The notes beneath the pieces were generated by a model. It was not told the DNA's origin. It searched no databases and saw nothing but the letters and a program-made list of their open reading frames with translations. A program made the position numbers and the translations under genes. Below, in pieces: positions 18,600 to 28,417 of a stretch of 64,000 nucleotides of DNA. The stretch is from Polyangiaceae bacterium (GTDB taxonomy: Bacteria; Myxococcota_A; Polyangia; Polyangiales; Polyangiaceae): assembly GCA_033763455.1 (NCBI GenBank), contig JANRKO010000062.1, positions 1 to 64,000 on the forward strand, read 5' to 3'. Position 1 is the stretch's first letter, and every line of letters begins with the position of its first letter.

Positions 18600-21500
18600 A
18601 TGAAGTCGCAGAACTTTGAGTTCCTGCGCGCGAAGCGGGCCGTCCTCGCGGATCTGGGCGGGTTCGCCGAACAGTACGCACACTCGGATCCACAAGCCTC
18701 CCTGTTCAAGCAACGAGCTTTCGTCGAAAACGTGGTCGTCGCAATCTATACGGCGTACCGACTTCAGCCGCCTTTTTCAGACAACCTCAACGACCTCATG
18801 ATCGCCGACCCGTTTCGGGAATCTGTGCCCGACGTTGTTCAAAACAAGCTGCACACTGTGCGGAAGGCGGGGAACGCGGCCGTACACCCGCGCCAACCGA
18901 TCGCGAGCCAACAGGCTCTCGATTGCCTGTACGAGTTGTTTGATGCGGCGCGCTGGTTCTACCTCAAGGTTGATGGTGGCAAACGTGAGGACACGCCGAC
19001 GTACGCGCCACCGCAACCTTCGGGCGCCACGAACGGGAAGGCAAAGGAGGCGCTCGAAAAACTCCGCCTTTCGGAGGCGAAGTACGAGTCCGTACTTGCT
19101 GCACTTGAGGATGAGACCAAGAAGCGGCTCGCGGCTGAACGGGCCTCCGCAGTGCACGCCACCGAGCTCACCCAGCTCAAAGATGAGGGGCAGAAAGTTG
19201 CGACGTTCCTCCAGTTCAACGAAGAAACGACACGACGCCGACTTGTCGATCAGGCACTCATCGCGGCTGGATGGAATGTTGGCGAGGCGGGCAAAAACAC
19301 AGAACAAGTGAAACAAGAGCTGCCTCTGTCGGGGCTCCGTTCCACCAAATCCGGCGAAGGGCGCGCCGACTACGTCCTTTACGGCGATGACGGCAAACCA
19401 CTCGCCGTCGTCGAAGCCAAGCGCACAGCGAAGGACGTCCACGAAGGTGCTGAACAGGCCCGTGACTACGCCAACGCGTTGGAAAAAAAGGCTGGCGTTC
19501 GCCCGGTCATCTTCTTCACGAATGGCGCCGAGACTTTCCTATGGGACGACGCGCAAGGATATGCGTGGCGGAAAGTCTACGGCTTCTACTCGAAGGACAG
19601 CCTCGAGTATCTGATACACCAACGGACGAACAAGACACCTCTGGCCACAGTAGAGGCGAACCTTGCCATCGCAGACCGAATCTACCAACTTGAGGCCGTA
19701 AAACGCGTCACCGAACGCTTCGAGAGCAAAGTTCGCAAGGCGCTCATCGTTCAAGCAACAGGCACAGGTAAGACGCGTGTGGCCATTTCCCTTTGCGACG
19801 TTGTGATGCGTGCGGGCTGGGTGAAACGGATCCTCTTTCTGTGCGATCGGCGGGAGTTGCGTAAACAGGCGGACCGCGTCTTCAAGGAGTTCATGCCTGG
19901 CGAACCCCGCATCATCGTCGGCAAAGATACGTCGAGCGATCGCGGTAAGCGCATTTACCTCGCCACTTATCAGTCGATGATGGAGTGCTTCGAAGATTTT
20001 GACGTCGGCTTCTTCGACTTGATCATCGCCGACGAAGCGCATCGCAGCCTGTACAAGAAGTACCGCAGCATTTTTCAGCACTTCGACGCGCTCGAAGTGG
20101 GGCTAACAGCGACGCCGGTGCGTTTTATTGAACGAAACACCTACGGCATGTTTGGTTGCGAAGACCGCGACCCCACCTCCCATTTTAGTTTCGACGACGC
20201 TATCAGCGCCAAGCCGTCCTTTCTCGTTCCATTTCGAGTGATGGCGGTGAGCACCAACTTCAGTCGAGGCGGCTTTCGGTACAAGCAGATGACACCTGAA
20301 CAACAGGCTCAGCTTGAGGACCAAGAGCCGCAGGCTGAGCACGTTGACTACGAGAGCACTGATCTCGACAAACACTTCTTCAACCGAGACACGACCCGCC
20401 TGATCTGGCGCTCCCTTCTTCAGGATGGCATTCGCGAGGCGACTGGCAGTCATATTGGCAAGACCATCGTTTTCGCCAGAAGCCACACGCACGCGGTGCA
20501 CCTTGCAGATGTGTTCAGCGAGCTTTATCCCCACCACGGCTCGGTGTTTTGCCGAGTCATCGACAACAAGGAGCCGAGGGCGGAGCAGCTCATTGACGAT
20601 TTTAAGGATCCCGAGAATGAGCTCACGATTGCCATATCGGTTGACATGCTCGATACGGGCATCGACGTGCCGGAGGTGGTGAACCTCGTTTTCGCCAAGC
20701 CGGTTAAGTCTTACGTGAAGTTTTGGCAGATGATTGGACGGGGCACTCGCCTCCGGAAAGACCTATTTGGCCCGGGGCGGGACAAGACGGAGTTCCTGAT
20801 CTTCGATCACTGGAAAAACTTCTGGTTCTTCGATGAAAAGTACCAGGAAAAGGAGCCCTCGCCGCAAAAATCGCTGCTTCAACACCTCTTCGAGGCCCGC
20901 ATTGAGTTGGCGCGAACCGCGCTCGACAAGATGGAGCAAGATGTATTTCAAGCCGCCGCTGGGCTGATCATCGGCGACATTCGAGCGGTCGTGGACACCA
21001 ATGCCATCGATGCTCGCGATAAACGGCGTGAACTCGAAATGCTGACTGACCCGAACAGGGTGCACCACTTCGCGGCGGCCACACAGGCGGACTTGCTCTC
21101 GATTGCTGCGCCTCTCCAGCGTCTGCGAAGCATTCGCGGTGAAGAAGACGCCTACCGATTCGATCTACTGATGACGCGTCTGGAACTTGAGGTGCTCCGT
21201 GGCGGTGCAGAGGCGCCCAGGGTCCAGGATCTGCGTGCCCGCGTTGAAGCGGCTGTTGAGCTGCTCGCCAAAAACCAGAATCCGGTCAGAGCCAAGGCTG
21301 AGTCCATCAAGCAGGTGGGGAGCAGGGCGTTTTGGGCCACCGTGCAGGTCCACGAGTTAGAGGGCATGCGACGCGAGCTGCGCGGTATTATGAAGTATCA
21401 GCAGTTCGCGCCAACCGGCAGGGTCGCCCCGCGGATTTTCGACGTTACCGACACCGATTTTACCGCGGAAGAGTATGTTCCTCGTCTGGAAGGCTTGGAT

Positions 21501-22016
21501 CTCGTGGAGTACAAGCGCCGGGTCGAAGCGGTGCTTGAGGCGCATTTCGCCGAAAATCCTGTCCTTCAGCGCCTTCGCGCTGGAAACGCCGTGCGCGAGG
21601 ACGAGCTTGAGGCCCTGGCGAAGTTGGTGCTTGAGGTTGACGATAGGGCTAACGTCAAGTTCCTCATGGGGCATGACCCCGAGACCCGCCGCTCGCTGCT
21701 CACAGTGTTTCGCGGCCTAGTGGGCTTGGATGCTGAGGCTGTTGAGGAAGCCTTCACGGCTTTCGTCCATAGCCACCCGCGCCTTTCCGCGCAACAGCTG
21801 CGTTTCCTGCAGGTGCTTCAAAACTACATCGCCCAGAACGGCGGCATCGAGATAGAACGCCTGTACGAGCCACCCTTCACCACCATCCACGCCGAGAGCA
21901 TGGACGGCATTTTCACTAACCAGAAGGATCTGGATGAGCTACTCGCCATCCTCTCTACCTTCGAACCGAGGCGCGCGCTCCCGAGTGACCGCCCGCCTAC
22001 AAGCCAAGCCCTATGA
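18600..22016 (+). CDS. hsdR: Type I restriction enzyme R subunit (EcoAI/EcoEI-like); alternative in-frame ATG at 18576
   Basis: ADYVL...VVEAKR nuclease motif, [44 protein letters not shown] before 18600. Confidence 0.95.
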   Translation: MKSQNFEFLRAKRAVLADLGGFAEQYAHSDPQASLFKQRAFVENVVVAIYTAYRLQPPFSDNLNDLMIADPFRESVPDVVQNKLHTVRKAGNAAVHPRQPIASQQALDCLYELFDAARWFYLKVDGGKREDTPTYAPPQPSGATNGKAKEALEKLRLSEAKYESVLAALEDETKKRLAAERASAVHATELTQLKDEGQKVATFLQFNEETTRRRLVDQALIAAGWNVGEAGKNTEQVKQELPLSGLRSTKSGEGRADYVLYGDDGKPLAVVEAKRTAKDVHEGAEQARDYANALEKKAGVRPVIFFTNGAETFLWDDAQGYAWRKVYGFYSKDSLEYLIHQRTNKTPLATVEANLAIADRIYQLEAVKRVTERFESKVRKALIVQATGTGKTRVAISLCDVVMRAGWVKRILFLCDRRELRKQADRVFKEFMPGEPRIIVGKDTSSDRGKRIYLATYQSMMECFEDFDVGFFDLIIADEAHRSLYKKYRSIFQHFDALEVGLTATPVRFIERNTYGMFGCEDRDPTSHFSFDDAISAKPSFLVPFRVMAVSTNFSRGGFRYKQMTPEQQAQLEDQEPQAEHVDYESTDLDKHFFNRDTTRLIWRSLLQDGIREATGSHIGKTIVFARSHTHAVHLADVFSELYPHHGSVFCRVIDNKEPRAEQLIDDFKDPENELTIAISVDMLDTGIDVPEVVNLVFAKPVKSYVKFWQMIGRGTRLRKDLFGPGRDKTEFLIFDHWKNFWFFDEKYQEKEPSPQKSLLQHLFEARIELARTALDKMEQDVFQAAAGLIIGDIRAVVDTNAIDARDKRRELEMLTDPNRVHHFAAATQADLLSIAAPLQRLRSIRGEEDAYRFDLLMTRLELEVLRGGAEAPRVQDLRARVEAAVELLAKNQNPVRAKAESIKQVGSRAFWATVQVHELEGMRRELRGIMKYQQFAPTGRVAPRIFDVTDTDFTAEEYVPRLEGLDLVEYKRRVEAVLEAHFAENPVLQRLRAGNAVREDELEALAKLVLEVDDRANVKFLMGHDPETRRSLLTVFRGLVGLDAEAVEEAFTAFVHSHPRLSAQQLRFLQVLQNYIAQNGGIEIERLYEPPFTTIHAESMDGIFTNQKDLDELLAILSTFEPRRALPSDRPPTSQAL

Positions 22017-23554
22017 GCACACTGACAACGCAGCAGAAGAGCGACATCGACAAGCTCTGGACCGAATTTTGGACGGGCGGCATCACCAACCCCCTCACCG
22101 TGATCGAACAGATCTCGTTCTTGATGTTTGCGCGCCTGCTCGACGTGATGGAGACAACCGGAGAGCGCCGAGCCGAGCGCACGAAAAAGCCATTTAAGGG
22201 GCGTTTTAGCGGCCCTGACGACAAACGGCGTTGGAAGAACTTCAAGCACCTTCCGGCCACCGTCACCGATTCGGATCGAAGACAAAAACGCCAGAGCATG
22301 CTGGAAGTGGTGCGGGATGACGTGTTTCCACACTTCAGAAAGCTCAACGGCGGCACCACTTTCGGCGAGTACATGCAGGACGCCCAGCTCATGGTGCAGA
22401 AGCCGAGCCTGTTGGTGTCCGCTGTGAACATGATCGACAAGCTGCCGATCACTGAGGGCGACGCCAAGGGCGACCTCTACGAATACTTACTCGGCAAGCT
22501 CACCACCGCGGGGATCAATGGGCAGTTCCGCACGCCACGCCACATCATCCGCTTCATGGTGGAGATGCTGGACCCGAAACCAACAGAAACAATCGCCGAT
22601 CCGGCATGTGGTACCGCGGGTTTTCTCGTGGGTGCCATGCAGTATCTGGTAGAGACGCACACCTCGGCCAAGGGGAAAATTAAGGGAGAAAACGGGGAGA
22701 TCGTCTTCACCGGGGACAAGCTGGAGCCTTACCGAGCTCACATCCAGAACGGCATGTTTCACGGCTTCGATTTCGACGCCACCATGCTGCGCATCGCCTC
22801 GATGAATTTAATGCTTCACGGTGTCGATAGCCCGGACATTCACTATCAGGACACGCTCTCTAACTCGTTCCCCGAGAAGTTCCCGAAACAGGCAAGCGGC
22901 GGCTTCGATGTCGTCCTCGCTAACCCGCCGTTCAAGGGCAGCCTGGATGAAGGAGATGTTCATCCGACGCTTACGCAGGCAGTGAAAACGAAGAAGACCG
23001 AACTGCTCTTCTTGGCCTTAATTCTCCGAATGCTGAAGAAGGGCGGGCGGAGCGCGACGATTGTTCCTGATGGCGTGCTCTTTGGTTCGTCGAAGGCGCA
23101 CCGCGCTTTGCGAGAGCTACTCGTGAAGGACAACCAGCTCGAAGCGGTGATCTCGCTGCCTTCGGGGGTGTTCAAGCCGTATGCCGGCGTGTCGACGGCG
23201 ATCGTGGTGTTTGCGAAGGGCGGAAAAACGGACCACGTGTTCTTCTACGATGTTGGCGCAGATGGCTTTTCGCTCGACGATAAGCGGGACCCGATCGGTG
23301 ACAACGATTTGCCGGATGCATTGGCATGTTGGCGGAATAAAAGCGCGAAGAAGGATACGGACCGTTCGGCGAAGCACTTCATGGTGCCGTTGAAGGAGAT
23401 CGAAGCGAAAGATTTTGACCTCTCGATCAATCGCTACAAGGAGACGAAGCACGAAGAGGTGAAATACGAATCGCCCAAGAAGATTATCGCGAAGTTGCGC
23501 GCGCTTGAGGCGGAGATTGCGAAGGATTTGAGTGAGTTGGAGGGGATGTTGTGA
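22013..23554 (+). CDS. hsdM: Type I R-M N6-adenine methyltransferase
   Basis: [39 protein letters not shown] overlap with hsdR. Confidence 0.96.
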   Translation: MSTLTTQQKSDIDKLWTEFWTGGITNPLTVIEQISFLMFARLLDVMETTGERRAERTKKPFKGRFSGPDDKRRWKNFKHLPATVTDSDRRQKRQSMLEVVRDDVFPHFRKLNGGTTFGEYMQDAQLMVQKPSLLVSAVNMIDKLPITEGDAKGDLYEYLLGKLTTAGINGQFRTPRHIIRFMVEMLDPKPTETIADPACGTAGFLVGAMQYLVETHTSAKGKIKGENGEIVFTGDKLEPYRAHIQNGMFHGFDFDATMLRIASMNLMLHGVDSPDIHYQDTLSNSFPEKFPKQASGGFDVVLANPPFKGSLDEGDVHPTLTQAVKTKKTELLFLALILRMLKKGGRSATIVPDGVLFGSSKAHRALRELLVKDNQLEAVISLPSGVFKPYAGVSTAIVVFAKGGKTDHVFFYDVGADGFSLDDKRDPIGDNDLPDALACWRNKSAKKDTDRSAKHFMVPLKEIEAKDFDLSINRYKETKHEEVKYESPKKIIAKLRALEAEIAKDLSELEGML

Positions 23555-24975
23555 GCCTCGGGGAGACGCACCTGGTGGAATGGAAGGAGTCTTGGCGCGA
23601 CGAGTATTTGCGCTGGATCTGCGGATTTGCCAACGCCGATGGCGGGACATTGATCATCGGTAAGAATGACAAGGGCGAATCCGTGGGTGCGCCGGATGCG
23701 CACCGGCTGCTGGTGGATTTGCCGAACAAGATTCGCGATACGCTGGGTATCGTTGCCACGGTGCGGGCCATTCAAGAGGCGGGTCAAACGCTTGTCGAGA
23801 TCGGGGTGGAAGCATCGGCGGTTCCCATCAGCTTCCGCGGTGAGTACCATTTGCGCTCGGGCAGTGCGAAGTTGCAACTCACAGGTAACGCGCTCTCGGC
23901 ATTCTTGCTAAAGAAGTTCGGCCGTCACTGGGATCATGCGCCCGTTCCAGGGGTGTCGGTCGACGACCTGAGCGCCGAGGCCTTCAAGCGCTTTCGACGC
24001 TTCGCTCGCGGACGAGACCGTGTACCGTCGGAGGCGCTGGCACTCACCGACGGCCCTATGCTGGACAAACTGCAGCTGATGGACGGTGGTTGGCCGAAGC
24101 GCGCGGCACTTCTGTGTTTTCATGAGGAACCGGAGCGCTGGTTCACGGGTGCCTACGTCAAGATCGGCATGTTTCGTACCGGCGCGCAGATCCTCTACCA
24201 GGATGAGATCCACGGCGATCTGTTCTTGCAGATGGAGAAGACGCTGGATCTCTTGTTCACCAAGTATATGTCTGCGTGGATCACGTTTCGCGGCGTGCAG
24301 CGAGTCGAGACATTTCCGATTCCATACGAGGCGATGCGTGAGGCGCTGCTGAACGCGCTCATTCACAAGGACTACGCCTCGGGCATTCCGATCCAGATCA
24401 AGGTTTTCACCAGCGGCCTTTCGATGTGGAACCAAGGGCCTCTGCCAGAGGGCTGGACGGAGGCCACCTTACTGGGGCACCACCGCTCGCAGCCGCGGAA
24501 CCCAGATATTGCGAGCACCTTCTTTCGCGCCGGGCTCATCGAATCATGGGGCCGTGGATACGAGCACATCATGGAAGCGTGTCGGGAAAGTGGCCGGTCG
24601 CTGCCGGTTGTGAAATCCGACCCGAGTGCGGTCGGTATCACGTGGACGTGGCAGGCCGACGGTACCGGGGAAGTCACCCCGGAAGTCACCGGGGAAGTCA
24701 CCGAACAAGTTACCGAACAAGTCACCGAACAAGTCACCGAACAAGTCGTGAAGCTGTTGAACGCGCTTGGGCCGGGAGATCACTCCGCTGCCGAACTGAT
24801 GCGGACGCTTGAACTGCGCCATCGGCCCACGTTCCTTTACGCATATTTGCAGCCTGCTCTGGCGCGGGAGTTCATCGCGATGACCATTCCCACCAAGCCC
24901 AACAGTCGCCTGCAGAAGTATCGCCTGACCGCCAAGGGTCGTGCGTTGGTTGGGCATATGAGGCGAGAAACATGA
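23551..24975 (+). CDS. AlbA_2 (Schlafen-like) + HATPase_c_4 (RecG-C-like) + C-terminal winged helix protein
   Basis: [12 protein letters not shown]...[56 protein letters not shown]...[14 protein letters not shown]. Confidence 0.85.
   Translation: MSLGETHLVEWKESWRDEYLRWICGFANADGGTLIIGKNDKGESVGAPDAHRLLVDLPNKIRDTLGIVATVRAIQEAGQTLVEIGVEASAVPISFRGEYHLRSGSAKLQLTGNALSAFLLKKFGRHWDHAPVPGVSVDDLSAEAFKRFRRFARGRDRVPSEALALTDGPMLDKLQLMDGGWPKRAALLCFHEEPERWFTGAYVKIGMFRTGAQILYQDEIHGDLFLQMEKTLDLLFTKYMSAWITFRGVQRVETFPIPYEAMREALLNALIHKDYASGIPIQIKVFTSGLSMWNQGPLPEGWTEATLLGHHRSQPRNPDIASTFFRAGLIESWGRGYEHIMEACRESGRSLPVVKSDPSAVGITWTWQADGTGEVTPEVTGEVTEQVTEQVTEQVTEQVVKLLNALGPGDHSAAELMRTLELRHRPTFLYAYLQPALAREFIAMTIPTKPNSRLQKYRLTAKGRALVGHMRRET
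24664..24747 (+). repeat. Seven tandem 12-bp units (ACC-NNN-SAA-GTY) encoding T-x-E/Q-V
   Basis: accggggaagtc, accccggaagtc, accggggaagtc, accgaacaagtt, then accgaacaagtc x3. Confidence 0.95.
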
Positions 24976-25112
24976 GAGGCGCGACGGTGAATGCGATGGA
25001 AGCGGAGTACGAAGCGGTTAAGTATGAGTCGCGGGGGAAACTTGTTGCGAGGGTGTGGGAGCTTGAGGTGGAGATTGTGAAGGAGTTTAGTGAGTTGGAG
25101 GGGATCCTGTGA
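24972..25112 (+). CDS. 46-aa ORF paralogous to the HsdM C-terminus (absent from the supplied ORF track)
   Basis: [46 protein letters not shown]; 20/37 aa identical, ungapped, to the HsdM end; ATGA overlap upstream and GTGA overlap with hsdS. Confidence 0.6.
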   Translation: MRGATVNAMEAEYEAVKYESRGKLVARVWELEVEIVKEFSELEGIL

Positions 25113-26263
25113 CTGTCAGCCCTTCCAAACTCGGGACCAAGTGGCCGCGCGTTGTTCTCAATGACGCCGTCGAGTTTCTCGACCATATGCGCAGGCCGAC
25201 CACCGCGAGCGATCGCGAGCCGGGACCGTACCCGTACTATGGCGCGAATGGCCAACAGGACTCGGTGGCTAAATACATATTTGACGAACCCCTGATCCTT
25301 TTAGCGGAGGACGGCGGCCACTTCGGAGACCCCGCGCGCGGCGTCGCGTACGGCGTGCAGGGAAAGTGCTGGGTCAATAACCACGCGCACGTGCTCCGAC
25401 CGAAGGCAGACTTCGACTTCAGGTTTTTGAAGTGGCACCTCGCACACTACGATCTGGCAGGGTTCGTCAATGGAACCACCAGGGGTAAGCTGACCAAGGG
25501 CGCAGCGGAGCGTATTCCTCTGGTGAAGCCCCCGCTCCCCGAGCAGCGCCGGATCGCCGACATCCTCGACAAGGCCGACACCATCCGCCGCAAGCGCAAG
25601 GAGGCCATCGCCCTCACGGAGGAACTCCTGCGCTCCGCATTCTTGGAAATGTTCGGCGATCCGGTGACGAATCCGAAGGGGTGGGAGGTGAAGCCGCTGG
25701 GTGACCTCGGGCGAATCACGACCGGGAACACACCTTCCCGCGCGGTGGGTGAGTACTTCGGAGCCGACATCGAGTGGATCAAGTCGGACAACATCAACAC
25801 GCGCAGTCACTACCTCACGCGAGCTACTGAGGGGCTCTCGGACCAGGGCCGCGCAATCAGTAGAACTGTGCCTGCAGGTAGCACCCTGATGACCTGTATC
25901 GCAGGTAGCCCCGATTGCATTGGCAATGTCGCTCTTGCCGATCGGGAGGTGGCATTCAACCAGCAGATAAATGCTGTGACTCCTCATGAGGGCGTTGACC
26001 ATCGCTTTCTCTACGTACTGCTCCTCGTCGGAAAGCGCCTCGTCCAGGCGGCTTCCACGAACAGCATGAAGGGCATGGTCAGCAAGGGGAAGCTCGAGGC
26101 CGTTCTGGTGCCTTCGCCTCCCCTGAAGGCGCAGAGCCAGTTCGCGGAAGTGTTTGATCGCGTATTGCGCCTGAGCCGCCGACAAGAAGTCGCGCAAGGG
26201 GAAGCGCTGATGCTATTCGATACAATGGTGCATCGCGCGTTCTCGGGAGGGCTCACCCCATGA
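25109..26263 (+). CDS. hsdS: Type I R-M specificity subunit (two TRDs)
   Basis: PYYGANG/WVNNHAHVL TRD1, PPLPEQRRIADILDKAD...EMFGDPVTNPKGW spacer, TGNTPSR/FNQQINA TRD2. Confidence 0.95.
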   Translation: MTVSPSKLGTKWPRVVLNDAVEFLDHMRRPTTASDREPGPYPYYGANGQQDSVAKYIFDEPLILLAEDGGHFGDPARGVAYGVQGKCWVNNHAHVLRPKADFDFRFLKWHLAHYDLAGFVNGTTRGKLTKGAAERIPLVKPPLPEQRRIADILDKADTIRRKRKEAIALTEELLRSAFLEMFGDPVTNPKGWEVKPLGDLGRITTGNTPSRAVGEYFGADIEWIKSDNINTRSHYLTRATEGLSDQGRAISRTVPAGSTLMTCIAGSPDCIGNVALADREVAFNQQINAVTPHEGVDHRFLYVLLLVGKRLVQAASTNSMKGMVSKGKLEAVLVPSPPLKAQSQFAEVFDRVLRLSRRQEVAQGEALMLFDTMVHRAFSGGLTP

Positions 26264-27237
26264 CCTGGGACGCCGCGGGACGCACAGTAGCCCAACCTAC
26301 CATCGCCACGGTGGGCGGAACAAGCATTGCCGCAGGCGCTCAAGTTCACATCGACCTCTCTTTTGGCATGGTTGAGTGGCCATGGGAAGAAAAGGGGCCC
26401 GTCTCGCTCGTTCCTCAGCCAAGCGAGGTAACTGCACGCACGGATCGGGGCGAGCTCAGCCTTGGTTTTGCAATTCCGGCACCAGCTAGCGTGCTCACGC
26501 CTGCGGAGCATTCGTCAACAGGCATCATTCGGTTCACGCTGTCGCTCAGTACGTTAGCCCTCGTCGAGCTCGAGGCCACGCGCAACGGTGGCGCACTCAC
26601 GCTCATTATGCAACTCGTGGCGCATCCACTGTTTATCACCCGATCTCAGGAATATTCTCCTGGAATCAACATTTACCCGACCAGCGTTTCCTTCCCCTTC
26701 AAAGTTCCCAAGGAGGAGTGGATCGCGTTGCTCAAGAGCGTCGGATATTGTGACACGCTCGTCACGGAGCTGCGCTTGCCCACCTCGGGTCCCGAATCTA
26801 CCGCCAAGGGCCGGAAACGGCTCGCTCACGCAGTCAGTGCACGGAACGACGGCAGTTACGCCGAAGCCATGCGGCGCTGTCGCACTGCACTCGACGAGCT
26901 AAAGAACGCCGGGTTCGGGGGTAAAGCGCCCGCCGACGTCGCTAAATTCCTTCAGGAGAAGGCGGGCACGATGTTACCGGTCGAACGCTTCTCTGTCTTG
27001 CAGGTTGCGCTCCAGCTCTTCTTGTCACCAGCACATCACGCCAACGCACCAGATGAGCACTACACCCGCGAAGACGCCGAACTGGCGATCGCGATGACTG
27101 CCGCGCTGTTGCGGCTTGCACCTCAGCACGCCGACCGCCGGAGGACGGCATCTGATGCCCGGGCTGCATCATCTCGACGCCAACCTTCACGAGTTTCTGG
27201 AGGCCGCAGTATGGAACCTAAGAAACGAGAGGGATGA
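26260..27237 (+). CDS. Uncharacterised protein: beta-rich N-terminus and HEPN-like helical C-terminus
   Basis: ATGA overlap with hsdS; GSYAEAMRRCRTALD...SPAHH...TREDAELAIAMTAALL pattern. Confidence 0.5.
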   Translation: MTWDAAGRTVAQPTIATVGGTSIAAGAQVHIDLSFGMVEWPWEEKGPVSLVPQPSEVTARTDRGELSLGFAIPAPASVLTPAEHSSTGIIRFTLSLSTLALVELEATRNGGALTLIMQLVAHPLFITRSQEYSPGINIYPTSVSFPFKVPKEEWIALLKSVGYCDTLVTELRLPTSGPESTAKGRKRLAHAVSARNDGSYAEAMRRCRTALDELKNAGFGGKAPADVAKFLQEKAGTMLPVERFSVLQVALQLFLSPAHHANAPDEHYTREDAELAIAMTAALLRLAPQHADRRRTASDARAASSRRQPSRVSGGRSMEPKKREG

Positions 27238-27243
27238 TCAGTA

Positions 27244-28269
27244 ATGAACGAGAAACAGAAGAAGCTTGTCGCCGAGACCAAGGAATCTCTGCAGCGCATT
27301 CAGAACTTTGACGCAACGACCATCGCGCGAACCGATGAACTTGGGCGAGAGTTGAACTTTGCGCAGGGAGTGGAGCCGCTTGAACGTTCTCTTGCTCTAT
27401 TCCGAGAAGTCTCGGTGGACGTTCTCGAGAGCATGAGCGCCAGTAGCCTGAATCAGGTTAAGGGCCAATCGGACGCGTTGTTCAATCTGCTCCAGCAGAT
27501 GCTGAACTTCTCGGCGGCGGCAGAAGGGAACCCGAAGGCAACCCGCGATAGCCTCATTCAGCAGCTTGCCAATAGCTACGAAGGCACCTTTAACGACCTG
27601 TGTCCCACAATCGCGTATTCCGTGCGGCGTGCCACGGATTTTTCGCGCATGGAGCGCGAAGCTCGCGCGGCCATACAGTCGATCGAAGACCGGTCCAGGG
27701 AGCTCGAATCGAGCATGAAGGCGAAGCAGGAGGAAGCTGAGGCAGCTCTGGCGGCAATCCGAAAGGTTGCCGCCGAGCAGGGAGTGTCGCAGCAAGCGAT
27801 CTACTTTAGAGAGGAGTCTCAGACTCATGCAGATGAAGCCGAAAAATGGCTCAAATGGACCAAATGGCTGACCGTGGTTCTGGGACTGTTTGCCGGCTCC
27901 ACCCTCGTGCTCCACAAGGTTCCCTTGCTGCGCCCCGAGAATTCGGCTGAGGTGATCCAGTTCGCCCTGGGCAAGATGTTGGTATTCGCGACAGGCGCTT
28001 ATTTCCTGATTCTTGCCGCCCGCAACTACATGGCCCACCGGCACAACGCGATTGTAAACAGGCATCGCCAGAACAGCTTGATCACCTATCAGGCGCTCGT
28101 TGAGGCGGCGGGTGATCAGGCGAATCGTGATATTGTGCTCACGAAGGCGGCCGAGAGCATTTTTGGCGCACAAACGACCGGCTTCACCAAGCACGACGCG
28201 GATGAAGGGAAGGCGTTTTCGATGGTCAACTTAGGCACGAGTGCGCTGAAAGGGACAGGCTCGGGGTGA
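27244..28269 (+). CDS. Uncharacterised coiled-coil protein with two transmembrane helices
   Basis: MEREARAAIQSIEDRSRELESSMKAKQEE coil; hydrophobic WLTVVLGLFAGSTLVL and FALGKMLVFATGAYFLILAA. Confidence 0.7.
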   Translation: MNEKQKKLVAETKESLQRIQNFDATTIARTDELGRELNFAQGVEPLERSLALFREVSVDVLESMSASSLNQVKGQSDALFNLLQQMLNFSAAAEGNPKATRDSLIQQLANSYEGTFNDLCPTIAYSVRRATDFSRMEREARAAIQSIEDRSRELESSMKAKQEEAEAALAAIRKVAAEQGVSQQAIYFREESQTHADEAEKWLKWTKWLTVVLGLFAGSTLVLHKVPLLRPENSAEVIQFALGKMLVFATGAYFLILAARNYMAHRHNAIVNRHRQNSLITYQALVEAAGDQANRDIVLTKAAESIFGAQTTGFTKHDADEGKAFSMVNLGTSALKGTGSG

Positions 28270-28417
28270 AGGCGCGACAAGACGTGAAGGCGCAACGAGG
28301 CAACGTTGCTCATTTGGAGGGCAACCCGACGATTCGTCACGAGCCGTGCGATGAGTGGCGCAAGTGTTGGCAAGTTTATCACGGGGCGCGTGATGTTTTC
28401 GCCGCCAAGAGGGACGC

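Noticed and set aside
22252..22300. Apparent short insertion in HsdM ([14 protein letters not shown]) as an intein or mobile remnant
   Set aside because: Too short, no splicing motifs or repeats; probably a variable loop.
25301..26197. Long antisense ORFs inside hsdS, 27397-28194, 29557-30351 and 59031-59828
   Set aside because: Expected stop-poor shadow frames in GC-rich genes; no recognisable motifs.
25109..26263. Phase-variable hsdS shufflon
   Set aside because: Single hsdS, no silent TRD copies, recombinase or flanking inverted repeats seen.
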